Below are positions 25,641 through 38,945 of a stretch of DNA of 64,000 bases, piece by piece. Numbering within the stretch: the first letter of the stretch is position 1; each line of letters starts with the position of its first letter. The stretch is from NCBI GenBank assembly GCA_030390025.1, contig CM059437.1, positions 28,582,001 through 28,646,000 of the forward strand, given 5' to 3'. The notes under the pieces are model-generated. The model was given only the letters and a program-made list of their open reading frames with translations. It was not told where the DNA came from and made no database searches. The DNA is from Squalus acanthias. Its lineage: Eukaryota. A program made the translations under genes and the position numbers.

Positions 25641-26767
25641 ATCCGAGTCAAATATCAAAACACTGAATTAAAAATACATCTCCAGGGGATCCAGGTACTT
25701 TATTTTGTTTTACTTTTCAAATAAAATGTAGGTCAAAGTTAAAAAGATGAAGTGAGAAGCACTACCTATGGCTTATTGCCACTTCTCTCTGGGATCAATT
25801 TGAGATTGGAATTTATTTTCATGTTATAGCAGTTACTTAGGGGAGGGGACTGTATGGACTGCCAATTTTTTTGGAAAAAAATTTCAGTACTGCATTTACA
25901 CTAGTTTCTGGAGCGACTCCAGTGCATCTCGGTCTGGATACTGCTGAGGTCAGGACTGAGTTCTGCTGAATTTACAGAACTTGGCCTAAACAGTGGGCTT
26001 GTATGGGTATACAAGACAGTAGGACCACCGCATCTCTCTGGCATTCCTTGTTAACTGAAAACAAATGGTGTAGATAGACGTAAGATTCTGTGTTCATTCT
26101 GGACTCCGAGATTTACATTTGGGTATAAACCGATGCTTCAATGCTCAAGTCATTTGGATATAAAACAGTGGCTATAGCAACGAGTTTCTGGCTTTGAAGT
26201 ACACATGAGTTTGATATGAACATGATGCTGTATGATTTACTCCAGGGTTATATCCATATTAAAATTGCTCATGTCAAACTTATACATGGAGGGGAGGGGT
26301 TGGTAACATTTCCACAAGACTGACTGCCTTGTATGAGGATTATCGTCTGTGATTCCTGCGCGGAATTGACCATTGCTTGGTGAATGAGCGTTATTGTGTA
26401 CTGTACATTAGGCTACAGAAAATCTCTCGCTTGCTCACTTGTGGCACAGAAAGGTTTTTCCATTCTAACTGTGCTCTCAGCAGCCACCAAAGTACATTTG
26501 TGAGACATTTGACCTTGTTGCAGTTGCCTTTGGCTATACCCTGTTTTTACGCTGTCTTGTATACAAAAGATAACATGTAAAATGTAACCATAGTGCTGAT
26601 TACCTTTCAATTACAGATAGGTGATTCTGATTATTGTTTTAACCCAAAGGGGTTCTTATAAAATGTAGGTTTCAGCTGATAGAGACTCTCTGTAATGCAA
26701 TGCTCTTTGCTGTACTGTACTGAGTGGAAATACATCTAGTGTGAGCACTGTTGTCATTTCTGTGAGC

Positions 26768-26960
26768 TAAAGAAAGACTTGCATTTATATCGCGCCTTTC
26801 ATGACCTCGGGACGTCCCAAAGCGCTTTACAGACAATGAAGTACTTTTGAAGTGTAGTCACTGTTGTAATGTAGGAAATGCAGCAGCCAATTTGCGCATA
26901 GCAAACTCCCACAAACAGCAATGTGCTAATGACCAGATAATCTGTTTTAATGCTGTTGAT
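26768..26960 (-). mobile_element. DeuSINE/SacSINE1-like 3' half
   Basis: aaagaaagacttgcatttatat...gaagtacttttgaagtgtagtcactgttgtaatgtagg..., matching 43172-43380. Confidence 0.85.
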
Positions 26961-27267
26961 TTGTTTTCTACAGTTGTTTGTCTTGGCCCTAGTTTTACTA
27001 ACGTTTTCTCCTTTTTGGTTCCCTGTGCTTGCTCCATCCTCTGGCTGAGAGTGGGCAACGGAACAGTTCACAAGCCTCTATTGATGCTTCTATCAGCCCA
27101 GTGCTAGGAGATGGGTAAGGGCAACCTAGTGTGACTCACCCACTGTTTTTTTTCCCTTCTCTTCCTCCCTTGGAGGAACACCTAGCCCTGATGCCATGCC
27201 CAAGATTAGGAACTCATCCCTGGGAAGTGGCAAATGCAAACTGTTCTATTATTGGAGCACATATTAT

Positions 27268-28293
27268 TGGATGGTTGTGGTGATTGTAGGTCAATCATCA
27301 CAGCCCCAGGACATCGCTGCAGGAGTTCCTCAGGGCAGTGTCCTAGGCCTAGCCATCTTCAGCTGCTTCATCAATGACCTTCCATCCAACATAAGGTCAG
27401 AAATGGGGATGTTTGCTGATGACTGCACAGTGTTCAGTGCCATTCACAACTCCTCAGATAATGAAGCAGTCCATGCCCGCATGCAACAAGACCTGGACGA
27501 CTTTCAGGCTTGTATGATAAGTGACAGGTAACATTCGCGCCACAGAAGTGCCAGGCAATGACTATCTCCAACAAGCGAGAGTCTAACCACCGCCCCTTGA
27601 CATTCAATGGCATTACCATCGCCGAATCCCCCACCATCAGCATCCTGGGGGTCACCATTGACCAGAAACTTAACTGGACCAACCACATAAATACTGTGGC
27701 AACAAGAGCAGGTCAGAGGCTAGGTATTCTGTGGAGAGTGTCTCACCTCCTGACTCCCCAAAGCCTTTCTACCATCTACAAGTAAGGAGTGTGATGGAAT
27801 ACTCTCCACTTGCCTGGATGAGTGCAGCTCCAACAACACTCAAGACGCTCGACACCATCCAGGACAAAGCAACCCACTTGATTGACACCCCATCCACCAC
27901 CTTAACCATTCACTCCCTCCACCACCGGCGTACTGTGGCTGCAGTGTGTACCATCTACAAGATGCACTGCAACAACTCGCCAAGGCTTCAGCAGCACCTC
28001 CCAGACCCGCAACCTCTTCCAACTAGAAGGACAAGGGCAGCAGGCGCATGGGAACACCACCACCTCCAAGTTACACACCATCCTGACTTAGAAGTATATC
28101 GCCGATCCTTCATCGTCACTGGGTCAAAATCTTGGAACTCCCTACCTAACAGCACTGTGGGAGTACCTTCACCACATGGACTGCAGCAGTTCAAGAAGGT
28201 GGCTCATCACCACCTTCTTAAGGGCAATTAGGGATGGGCAATAAATGCTGGCATTGCCAGCGACGCCCACATCCCAAGAACAAATAAAAAAAA
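27268..28293 (+). mobile_element. 5'-truncated LINE (CR1/L2-group) with RT core motifs, frameshifted
   Basis: GVPQGSVLG..FSCFINDL..MFADDC (27196-27531 ORF), ILGVTIDQKLNW and VRSVMEYSPLAW, then the 3' UTR and A-rich tail. Split across three frames. Confidence 0.95.
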
Positions 28294-28969
28294 GTGTTTT
28301 TTTACTACATATTTTGCCATTTCCTTACAGTGAGAATAGACACCCACTGCAGTTACTGTGTTTATAATAATCGGGCTGATTGATGAGGAAAAACATTAAC
28401 ATTTATAATTAACATACAGTTTGGCTCTGCTTCAGAACCCTTCCTTTGCTATTTCAGACTTGCTGCTGTGTTAGGTTTCTTAGATTGTAGCATTCCATCA
28501 AGAGAATCCACCTTAAACACAGAAAGCACTCGATTAACAGTGATAATGAGTGTCTATGTGCATGTCTAGCATTTGCTTTCACATGCCAACATGAGTTTAG
28601 TGCTCTGCTTCATCCTTTTTCAAAACCAACACTGAAGCGCAAAACCAAAAGTTTATGTTCGCTTTCATATTCATCAAAGAACAAAGTGTACTAAAGACTC
28701 CTGAATAACAGCCTATGTGCACTGGATGATTGCTCGTGCGATTGATCGTCCTGCCATTTTACAGGGTGTACGTGACAAGTGAGTGCTGGAGCTTACAGAA
28801 TGCTATATAGTGGTCACCTTCTCAATGGGTGGAAGGGTGGCAATTCAACCAAGTAACATTCTAACAGTTTCCATGTGTACAACACAGCATGAATGAAATT
28901 GAGTATTTTTCAATCTCCAGTTTTTGAATCTGCGTTTTATCAGCTGCCCCACTGATTTAATGGGTAAAT

Positions 28970-29170
28970 GCACTCCCTGGTGTTATATTGAGCCATATGG
29001 ATCAAAAGGTCCCAGGTTTGATCTCCAGTCTGTGCTAAATTAGCTGAGATCATCTGGGGTAGTAGCTTGGATGCTGCGATTAGTCTTGAGCGCCTCTGGT
29101 CTGGATAGGGGAAAGAAATCAGCCAGCGCTTCCACTCCTGATTGCTATCCAGTGACTCTTATTGGAAAGT
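28970..29170 (+). mobile_element. Old tRNA-head SINE (AmnSINE2-like), 5' half
   Basis: gagccatatggatcaaaaggtcccaggtttgatctccagtctgtgctaaattagctgag...ctcctgattgctatccagtgac. Confidence 0.65.
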
Positions 29171-29189
29171 GTACCCAAACTTCACCAAT

Positions 29190-29410
29190 TACAAGAAGTT
29201 GTATTTGTATAGCACCTTTAATGTAATAAATGTCCCAAGACACTTCACAACAGGAAAGACAGACTAAGCAGTAGAGAATTTCTAAGACATATTCAATAAG
29301 ATAGGTGTGACATTTTTAAAGGTAGGGGAAGAGTTCCAGAAGATGAGGACCAAGACGGCCGAAAGCTGTGCCACCAAATGAGGAATGCCGGCCGGGAGTG
29401 GGGGATGGGG
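29190..29410 (-). mobile_element. L2 3' end fragment
   Basis: gttgtatttgtatagcacctttaatg...gagttccaga...ccgaaagctgtgccaccaa resembles 22509-22780 and 38233-38490. Confidence 0.6.
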
Positions 29411-31199
29411 ATCAAGTTGGTTTGTGTATCTCCCCCCCCCCCACCCTTCATCTGGTTGAATGCAGACATACGCTGATGCTGTTCATGCTCACACATAAGG
29501 AATTGACACTTGGTCGAAGTTCTAGAAGCATGCCCATGGAATTGTACTCTCGCACAAATAAGTGCCTTCAGCAGAGTAGGAGGAGAAAATTGGAGGGAAA
29601 AGAATCACCATTTTATTAGACAATGTTTCATGTCCTACAGTCATTGTACTTTTTTTTGTAATTTTCAATACTGAATACAATTGAAGTTGGATTTCATGTG
29701 GAAGCCTGCAATTTTTCACTGTTTTCTACATAAAAGAAAACCTTTATAGATTTAGTGCAAAAATTCCTGTAATGGAGTTTGAAAGGATTCCATATCTGGC
29801 GGAGGGCTTCTTTTTATTGGTACTGACTTACAAATAAATTAGGGAAATCACCAAGTGTTGAAGGTGACAGGAGTTACATGGCGGCAGGTCTGATTACACT
29901 GACAGCTTTTTGTTTGAACTTGATTCGGGCAGGACCGGCATGACTTGGTATGTTATTACAATTTTGCTGCAGTCCACCTGCTTCCTTGGTCAACATGGCA
30001 TCCTGTTTCTTCCCAATTCACGTGGAAAAGTATTTTCTAAACATTTTCTTCAGCGCGGACAATTAGCCGAATTCCATTTGTCATAGATGTACAGTTAAAA
30101 TGAGGTTTCTGTGGTTAGTGTACCAGGGAGGTGCCTACACCTAGTGTACTGAATGTTTCTACCACTTTACAGAGCAAACCACACTTTCCATCATTTATAT
30201 AAATCAGGTAGTAAAACTGTTGATTGTACGCAGCAAAAAAGTTTTCACGCACTATCTTGACGAAACTGAATCCTATTGTGTATTATTTTTAGTGCTGATG
30301 ACATTCAGATGAATATGAGTCAGATGCACGCAGTGCTGGCGAAATGTTATGAAGTTACTCATTGATTACTATATATATCCCGTCCATGCTGAATTAGCCT
30401 ATCTCAGCAAGGACGGTGGTAGAGACACTAGAATTATCCTCAGTGCCTCTGGATTAGGGAAAGATAAATCAATCAAAGTTCCTGCTCCAGTGACCTTTCC
30501 AATCACCCCTGCCTGAAAGTTCACAAGTGCGAACAGGATCAGGCTTGGCTGAGATGTCCCTGTGGTTAAATAGTCTGCTGCCACTCAATATCAAGGTTCA
30601 CACTTGAATGAGGTTCTGGATTTTGACCATGCAGCAGCAAAGAATTGAGCACGAAAGAACTTGCATTTATATAGTGCCCTTAATGACCTCAGGATGTCCC
30701 AAAGAGAAGAGGTGACTAAATTTACTCTTCTGTTAGCAGCAATCCAGCCAGATCTCTTCGTAGTTTAGTGGACCTCGTTGAATGGTACCAAGACACAAAG
30801 ACCAGAAAGTCAATTTCTGTTTTCTTTATTTGGAGAATTCACACTTTGGAGATAAGACACGCAATTATATTTCTTGCTGCGTTAATCTCTGCTTTTTCAA
30901 GTGGCATGTGTTAAAGTGAAGTAACGTTTAATTGCTAGTAGTGAATTATGCACAGTAATTTAATAGAATGGTCTAATGACATCACATAGTGCGGGAATGA
31001 AGCCCGAATGTTTCTGATCAGCAGTAAAAACCAGAAATTGAGTTGGAGTTCAAGGAATACTCCAGTTATTCTAAAGGACCCAACTATCTGGAAACTATCC
31101 ACAAAATGATTGTTCAGAAAATACTATTATTTTCCAACCAAGCTTCCCAGATGGCAGGCAGACCCGATCAGCACCACAATTCCCACTATATTTCTTTTC

Positions 31200-31510
31200 C
31201 TTGTTTTTCTTTCAAATCAGTTTTTTTTCCCCTCTCCTGAAGGTGTAGATTCCCTTGAGGTTTATTTCCATGGGTGTTAAAGCATCCTCCACTACTCCCC
31301 CCCCCCCCCCCCCCCCCAAATGGCCATTCTTCCTGCATGTGCCTTGACGTGTCAACAACTGAGGTGGCATCACTGGCAAGCCTGGTGCTGTCCTCACCCA
31401 CTGTCACACTTGCATGCGCTTTCCAGCATGGGTCACTAAACAGTGGGGGGGGAAAAGTGAAAGCCCTGGCCAATTTTCCATTCCCTAACCCAGGGAGGCA
31501 AATTCTAGGG
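31200..31510 (-). mobile_element. Old SINE (AmnSINE2-like) with an inserted poly-C tract
   Basis: ccaaatggccattcttcc...tgtcctcaccca...tttccagca...ccctggcc...ccctaacccaggg. Poly-C at about 31296-31317. Confidence 0.6.
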
Positions 31511-31516
31511 CCTCTA

Positions 31517-31625
31517 GTAGTTACAACAGTGACTACACTTCAAAAAGTACTTCATTGGCTGTAAAGCGCTTTGAGACGTCGGGTGGTCATGAAAGGCGCT
31601 ATATAAATGCAAGTCTTTCTTTCTT
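31517..31625 (+). mobile_element. DeuSINE/SacSINE1-like 3' tail
   Basis: ttacaacagtgactacacttcaaaaagtacttcattggctgtaaagcgc...ctatataaatgcaagtctttctttct. Confidence 0.85.
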
Positions 31626-31840
31626 TACTGCCACCCTGGCACAAAACAGGAAACTAACACACACTGGGGATCAAAACTGGGGCCTTTCAGATCTGTGTAG
31701 CTTGGTTGTGCTTGTATTGTACACTATAGAAACATATTAATGTTGGAATTAATATCAAATGTGAGGGCAGTGGTATAATTTGAGCAGCTTTTTAAAGAGC
31801 TCCTGGCTTTCTGTCACTTTACATAGGACCGTGACACTGT

Positions 31841-32015
31841 GGGGGTAATTTTACCCTAGCCCGCCAGGCGGGAAACTGACCAGATTGCGTCGAACGCTGG
31901 TTTTACACCCCACCCAAATTTGCTATCCATTGACTTCATCGCGTAGGGTATAAACCTGGCTTTCAACCCAATCCATTCAGTTTCCTGTCAGGTGGGTTAT
32001 GTTAAAATTGCCCCC
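31841..32015. mobile_element. Palindromic MITE related to 11892-12077
   Basis: TIR gggggtaatttta / taaaattgccccc, internal arms aaactga / tcagttt, and a centre containing tccattgacttca. Flanks tgt / tat. Confidence 0.65.
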
Positions 32016-32118
32016 TATGTCAGGCTCAGTTTTGAGGCAGTAGTATGGTTAGAGCTATCTCACTTTTTTTTTTAAGAGCCTTTGGCTTAGTTACCACTTT
32101 TCAGAGGATATTGACATT

Positions 32119-32862
32119 GGGCCGAAAATTCATCCCGCGACGCGAGAGTACGCACTGCATACTCTCGCGTATTCCCACTCCAATTGCCGGTTTTCTGCAT
32201 GCCCTGCGCATGCGCTGAAAACCGGCAATTGCTCTTTTGAAAAGGGGGCGGTTCCTCGGTGCACCGCGTGCGCGCTACAGGCTGCGCGCACGCTGTGCAC
32301 TTCATGCTTTGGACGCGCAGGTAAGTACGGAAGATTTTAGAAATGGAAAAAGGAGGAGTAAGACCCACTTTTAACAAGGTAAGTAGTGAATTAAGTATTT
32401 TTTTGAATTTTTTTTAACAGGTATATCTTTTTTAGAGACTTTAAAGACAGGTAAGTTTATTTTTATAACTTTTTAAAAGATTTTAAATTTTTTCAAAAAT
32501 TTAATTTTTTATTTAAAATGATTAATTTATTTAACTATACTTATTTTATTAATGTGATGGTTTTTAAAAAAAATTTAATTGAGGTTTAGCTGTTATTTTG
32601 GGGGGGTGTAAGATTCATAGATTTCACAGCACGTATGTGAAACTTATGAATGGAAGATGGTGTGCTGCCATTGGCTCTAACTGAGTCACGTGATCCCACA
32701 GCTCGCACAAATTCACTACGCCGCTGGGATACGCAAGCACTGCCCAGCTGATGTCTGGAACATCAAGTTCGTGCGAGCTGGATCTGAAAAAGCACAAGCG
32801 AGGTGAGAGATCGCGGGGAAGCCTTACCCCCGCGGGAACAGAGCGAGATCAATTTCTGGGCC
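32119..32862 (+). mobile_element. Young Harbinger/PIF-type MITE, family A, 744 bp
   Basis: Imperfect TIRs gggccgaaaattcatc / gatcaatttctgggcc and TSD ATT (32116-32118, 32863-32865). CpG-rich arms with an AT-rich core. Near-identical reverse-complement copy at 57964-58693. Confidence 0.9.
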
Positions 32863-34491
32863 ATTGTCTGTAGAGCTGATTTCTTGGGCAGTTATCTAGT
32901 TGAAGTGATGATATTGTGAACTGTTAAAGAGCCCATAGCTCTCCAGAGGGTGCTAACAATGTTTCACGGCAGCGCATAGTTAGAACTGTCTTACTGCAGG
33001 TTTTTAAAGGGAACTGTTCACAGGCATAAAATGCTTGCAGCTGAGTACTATGTTTCTTGTGTTGTTTCACCATTTTTCCAATCAATGCATGAATACATTC
33101 CATTCGAACAAGGTTCAAACTAGTGTAAGGGCAATTTAAGACTGGTGACCGGAAGTTCTTCACAAAGAGCAATCAACACAGAGAACGGACTTCTGAGTAG
33201 GGTGGTGGCAGGGGGAAAAAAAACTGGAATAATTTAGAAGGTCTTTACACTATAGGATGCAGCCAACTGCAGCACATGCAGGTGTTCTTCCATCAGCTGC
33301 ACTCTATAGTGTAAACAAGCCGAGTTTCCAGTATTCAGCAGCATTGTAGCCTAACTGATATATGGCTCTACAATACTGCCATCTGGATGGATGAGCTAAG
33401 ATTGGAAAGTGGCCTTTCTCATCTGTATCTATCTTGTGTCCTTCCCAATTAATCTTATTACAGTACATAGGGGGGAAAAAAATGTACAGGACCATAAAAG
33501 ACCATTGTAGTCCATCTGGCTGGTCTCAGACTGTTAAACAACTATTGACAAGTACTTAAAGTGTGATACAGAGCAATTATTAGTTGATTTTATTTCAATA
33601 TCAGTGAAGTGTTTTGTGCTGCTGGTCCCCAAAGTGTTCGTCTCACACAGGCAGCGACAACCTAATGCAAACCTGTTAGATTTGTGAGGTTTGGGGTCCA
33701 GTAAGATCTGGTATCAATGGCTCTTCCTAGAAGCCCACCTGAGTGAATCCAGCAAGTATACACTGGGTCGCCTCTGGCCGCATGAGTCCCGCATTTCAGG
33801 AAACATGACCAGTACAAACATGAGCTAAAATGGGAATAGTGCTTTAACATTAATGTAAAAGCAGCTATTGTTGGTGCTAGCCTAGTTCTGCTTGTTCCTT
33901 CAGTGGCTGCCTTGTACCATTTCTAAACTTGGGAGCATCTGTTTCTTTTTGCCATTGGAAACCTATTCTGTGGCCTTTGTGCAGTGCAAGGTATTACTCA
34001 ATGCACATCACAGTGATTGACAGGATAGCCTCTGTCAACAAAACATGTGAAGTGTTCAAGAGCTGATTGCTTTCAAAATTAAAACCACATGTATCATTCT
34101 AATATACACATTAGAGAGCATTGCATTTTAACAACATTTCTGTTCATCTATCACAATTATGAACAATTACAGTGGTTTCACATTACCACAGCAGGGAATA
34201 ACAAATTTGCCTCGTGCCAGTCTAAAGTGAGGCCTTTGTGATTGTCAGGTCTTGATAATACAGAGACCTTTTTTAAGCACTTTGTCAAGAGAAGAGGTGG
34301 CCTTTGCATATCTGCTAAAATAGGGAGGGACTGGATTCTGTTGCATTTGTTGGCATTAAAAATGAATTAAAGCTTTATTTTGAAAAGCCCTTAAAATTAA
34401 AGTGCTCTTAAACTCAAAGCTTTTGTATTAGTATATGGGTACAGTATAACATATTGCATCGTATGGGTGCAGTATAACATTGTGATGGGGT

Positions 34492-34602
34492 CCTACATTA
34501 TAACAGTGACTACACTTTTAAAAAAGTACTTCATTGGCTGTAAAGCACTTTTGGACTTCCTGAGGTCTTGAAAAGTGCTATGTAAATGCAAGACTTTCTT
34601 TT
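34492..34602 (+). mobile_element. DeuSINE/SacSINE1-like 3' tail
   Basis: cctacattataacagtgactacac...gtaaatgcaagactttc. Confidence 0.75.
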
Positions 34603-34756
34603 TAGTTATCACTGAGGGTTTTAAATAACTCAATATTGGGGAAACAGCATTGATACACAGGGAATCTAGGCTCACAATTCATGAGTGATGAATATACGTG
34701 TGTTCTTATAGACATTTAATGAGTGTTCTAAATGCCATAGCATGAGTGTTCTAAGT

Positions 34757-34837
34757 GCCTTCTCAAGGGCAACTAGGGATGGGCAATAAATGCTGGCCTT
34801 GCCAGCGATGCCCACATCCCATGAACGAGTAAAAAAA
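34757..34837 (+). mobile_element. 3' tail of the 27268-28293 LINE family
   Basis: ccttctcaagggcaactagggatgggcaataaatgctggccttgccagcgatgcccacatcccatgaacgagtaaaaaaa. Confidence 0.85.
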
Positions 34838-35744
34838 GCATCTTTATTGCCATCAAACAGCTTGTTTTCTCGATGCTAAATTTGACATTGATTGTGTTTG
34901 GGGGCGGGAGTAGTCAGGGAATCTTGCAGTTCTCTGAATCTGCACCCTGCCGTGGTTGTTTATTTAATTTCAGATATGGCTGAAGGCTCTGTGTGAGCAA
35001 GTGTTGGCAGAGCATTCTTGGCACTGTTAGCATTTTATTTCCATAAAGCAAAAAATTTATTTCTCAATACATTTTTTAGATCGTGCTATTGTACCATTGA
35101 TTTATCTGACTGAAAATATCTTGTGTAAATCCATATAGTGTGTGTTATCACCCTTTAGGCATACAAGATTCAAATGTTTATAATAATCACAATAGTCTAT
35201 AATACATCTCCACCATCAAAAACTATTGCAAGGTATTTCTGGTCTCTGGGGATGCCCAGATGTAGGATACACAATTACATCACAGATGACCCAAACTAGT
35301 TAATATAGGGAGAAAGATGGATTATGCAAGGTGCAACCTCAAAAGGAAAGAGAAATCCATTCAAGCACACTGCACAGTGGAGATAGAATCACATTAACAG
35401 TGACAGATGTGTTTACTGAGGAAAAATAGGTTAATCCCCTCCACAGCTGGTTGCAGCCCAGGATAACTCTGCACAGAAACCTATCTTGAGTCAAAAAAGA
35501 CAACACTGAGACAAACCAAACGTTGGTTTCAGTGTGATATTTCCTTGTGGCATTATGATACCAATAAATGATATAGTGTAGGGGGAGTTTTACAAGGTTG
35601 CGCGCCCAGTTCAGATCCTCGCACATCTTGAGCGCGAATCAGCGTATGAGGCGCGGGTTTAAGCACTCCAGTTTTGTAACCCGTCTGATGTTCTGTCCAT
35701 TAAAATTAATGGGCAGGAAATCAAGTGGACTGCCAAACAGACGT

Positions 35745-35945
35745 GCTAAATTGCAAGAGTAAGAGACTGGACATGGGTTCAAGCTAATCAGGAAGTTCTT
35801 CTGACAAGGAATGATCAATACATGGAATGGACTTCTGGATCGAGTAGTAGAGGCAAAAATCCTGGAATCTTTTAAGAACCAATGGGGTGACTGTAGAATG
35901 GATGAACTAAGATGGGCTGAAAGGCCTTTCCTGTCCATAATTGTC
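35745..35945 (+). mobile_element. Old CR1 3' fragment
   Basis: gagtaagagactggacatgggttcaagct...ttcttctgacaaggaatgatcaatacatggaatggacttc...gatgggctgaaaggcctttcc. Confidence 0.6.
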
Positions 35946-36289
35946 TTGTAAACCCCCACACCCCTATTCTGATGTGCAATCCCAGTGCACAAAGCCATAC
36001 ACCTGGCAGTGAAAACTTATAAGTTACCGCATGTATGCTTAGTGGGAACACTGCAGTGCATGTCCTTTCCACTCACCTGTGGTGTGAATTGGGGCCAGGG
36101 TTCCCTTCAACTGAAGAGAATGATCAATGAAAAGATTCCAAACAGCAAACTTGGATGGATACCAGTAAGTGGTTTAAGAACGAGGAAGTGCAAAAAAGAT
36201 GTGGTCTAAAGTTCTGAAGAAGTAGTTTTAACCACAGTCTTATTTTGTATACCAATTTTGGTTTAAAATCAAGCCAGTAGCTGCAAAGC

Positions 36290-36630
36290 TTTGCAGTCCC
36301 ATGTCAACAAACTGGAGTAAGTCAACTCTCTCGCATTCCTCATTCAAAACTGCACTGAGTTTAAGTCCATTTGAGTGTCACTTTGTGCTCCAGATTGTTG
36401 CAGATTAACTGACCACATCACATCCTTGTGGCATGGTGACAGCTGCTTGTTCAGGAGGAGTCTAGCTTATTTAACTGAAGTGTCAAAACATGATGTCATA
36501 CTCTTTCCTGTTTTCAAGTCAATGCTCTTTTACCTCCCTCATTCCCAGAACCTCAAAACTGTGGAACTCCTTATGTCCCTCAGTCTTTCCTCTCTTACTA
36601 TTTTTAAGGCTTTTAAACACTTGGTGTCAC
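36290..36630 (+). mobile_element. Ancient LINE 3' remnant
   Basis: SLIPRTSKLWNSLCPSVFP in ORF 36490-36693 resembles the FFPRT..LWNSLP..VFP end of CR1/Jockey-group ORF2. Confidence 0.5.
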
Positions 36631-36769
36631 CTAATCATTAAGTGCTGCTTTATCTCATCTAGTTTATACTTTTCAAACTTGGTGGTGCCTTGAATTTATA
36701 GGCTTAAGAACCAATGGTTTAAAGTTTAATCAATCCACTGTCAAAGCGAGATGAAGAAAATGCCATCTC

Positions 36770-37355
36770 CAGACAAAGATTTGAACGAAGGAAGATTTGA
36801 AAAATTGGGGCGTTTATTAATAAAACAACATAGATTACGGGGCAATAGGATAGAAGTATTTAACATTACAAAAGGATGGGACAGATACAGATATAATGGG
36901 GTAGATATGAGCAGACTGCTTCCAGTAGTTGATGGGTCTAGAATGAGGCGCCATAAATACAAGGTATAATGTAAGAAATTTAGAACAGAGAACGAGAGAA
37001 ACATCTTATACAAAAGCAAAATACTGCGGATGCTGGAAATCTGAAATAAAAACAGAAAATGCTGGAAGCACTCAGCAGGTCAGGCAGCATCTGTGGAGAG
37101 AGAAACAGAGTTAACGTTTCTGGTTGATGACTTTCGAGAGAAGCATCTTGTTGTGAAGCTGTCGAATTCACTTCCAGGGTTAGTGGTTCAGGCAGAAACT
37201 GTCTCAACATTCTAGATTAGATTGGTTCGGGAATGAAGGAATATGGGAGCAGGGAAGGTAAATGTGATTAGGACTATTTTCTCGCATGGAGGGTACACGC
37301 CGACATGAACTGATTGGGCCAAAATGGCCTGTTTCCATGTTGTAACGTCTGTGTA
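36770..37355 (+). mobile_element. CR1 3' end interrupted by a Penelope-like insert
   Basis: EGRFEKLG..KQHRLRGNRIEVFNITKGWDR...SRMRRHKYK. It resumes after 37149 and ends gggccaaaatggcctgtttcc. Confidence 0.8.
37008..37134 (-). mobile_element. Short Penelope-like terminal insertion (family 2) with 15-bp TSD
   Basis: Flanked by cgagagaaacatctt (36993-37007) and cgagagaagcatctt (37135-37149). Body nearly identical to the arms of the 45338-45548 element. Confidence 0.8.
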
Positions 37356-38232
37356 TCTCTCTGTATATAAAGCCAGCATGAAAGCTTTGCTATTTCACTG
37401 GCTTAGAAGCTTCACGACAGCCCTAATTGCATTGTCATTGTGCACAAAGAGTTGACAGTGTTTCAAAAGCCGAAAGCTTAGTACACAGGCAGAGCAGGGG
37501 GCAAAATAAAAGATTTAAATAACTTGAAATATTGTCAAATACTTGGATATGTATGGTTTGCAAAATTGATGATAGATTCAAACAGTGTTACGATGTACCG
37601 TATTTTGAGTACTAACATGCAGTACCACAGTAGGACATGAGCTTGTTTCTCCTATTCTCAACACACTTGAGTTTCCAGTCTTTGCTGTGCATCAGGGGAA
37701 ATGCAAGCTGGAAGTCTGGCAATTCCCTACAGGGAAAGAGCAGCAGTCAAAGGGCGAGCAATCCTGTAGCCTTCTTGGGTAACCCCCAGTAGCCAAGTAA
37801 AGAATGACATTCCAGAGGCTTGAAAATAGTTCACCTGTCTGCCCTTAACACCAGGGAATGTAGACCCATCGTGAGGGGAAAAATATTTTCCTGTTAGAAA
37901 TGAAAAAAACATAAGTTTAGGTCTCAGAGTTTAATTATATGAACTAAAAATAAGTTGTGGGGCAGATTTTTGCTCTTTGTTACTTGTAGTAAAATTGTAA
38001 ATGTGTTTATAATGAGCACATTTACCTATTTCCTACAAATAGTGAACATAGGAAATCTCTTTTACCGTCACACACCGCCCCCCCTCCCCCCTTCAATTTT
38101 TTGTACATGTTATAAAAAGCCACTTTATTTTAAAAGCTGGCTGGAGTATGGGTAGCTGTCAGCTGAGTGTCAGCAGGCTGCTTGATCAGGGGAGCATCAC
38201 AGTTAAGCCCAATACAATCCTCACCTGATTTC

Positions 38233-38945
38233 GACAACAACCTGTATTTATGTAGCACCTTTAAACGTAGTAAAATGTCCCAAGGTGCTTCACAGGAATG
38301 TTATAAAACAAAATTTGACACCGAGCCACGTAAGGAGAAATTAGGGCTAATGACTAAAGGATTGATCAAAGAGGTAGGTTTTACGGTGCATCTTAAAGGA
38401 GGAAAGAAAGGTTGAGAGACGGAGAGGTTTAGGGAGGGAATTCCAGAGCTTAGGGCAGAGGCAGCAGAAGGCACGGCCACCAATGGTTGAACGATTAAAA
38501 TCAGGGATGCTCAAGAGGCCAGAATTAGAAGAGCGCAGATATCTCGGTGAGGGGCGGGGTTGTGGGGCTGGAGGAGATTAGAGATGGGGAGGGGCGAGGC
38601 CATGGAGGGATTTGAAAGCAAGGATGAGAATTTTAAAATCAAGGTGTTGCTTAACCAGGAGCCAATGTAGGTCAGCGAGCACAAGGATGAACGGGATTTG
38701 GTGCGAGTTAGGTCACGGGCAGCCGAGTTTGGGATGACCTCAAGTTTACGTAGGGTAGAATGTGGGAGGCCAGCCAGGAGTGCATTGGAATAGTCCAGTC
38801 TAGAGGTAACAAAGACATGGATGAGGGTTTCAGCAGCAGATGAGCTGAGGCAGGGGCGGAGACGGGTGATGTTACAGAGGTGGAAATAGGCGGTCTTAGT
38901 TATGGCGCTGATATGTTGTCAGAAGCTCATTTCAGGGTCAGATAT
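38233..38945 (-). mobile_element. L2 LINE 3' portion
   Basis: Starts with the L2 tail (acaacaacctgtatttatgtagc on +) and is colinear with 22509-23210, e.g. ttggaatagtccagtctagaggtaac (minus: VTSRLDYSN). Confidence 0.9.

Noticed and set aside
32939-32955. CTCF-like motif ctctccagagggtgcta
   Set aside because: A single imperfect match that cannot be supported without a PWM scan or ChIP data.
34435-34760. Short direct duplications (tatgggt(a/g)cagtataacat; atgagtgttctaa(a/g)tgcc) as an array or CRISPR-like structure
   Set aside because: Only two units each. These are ordinary local tandem duplications in eukaryotic DNA.
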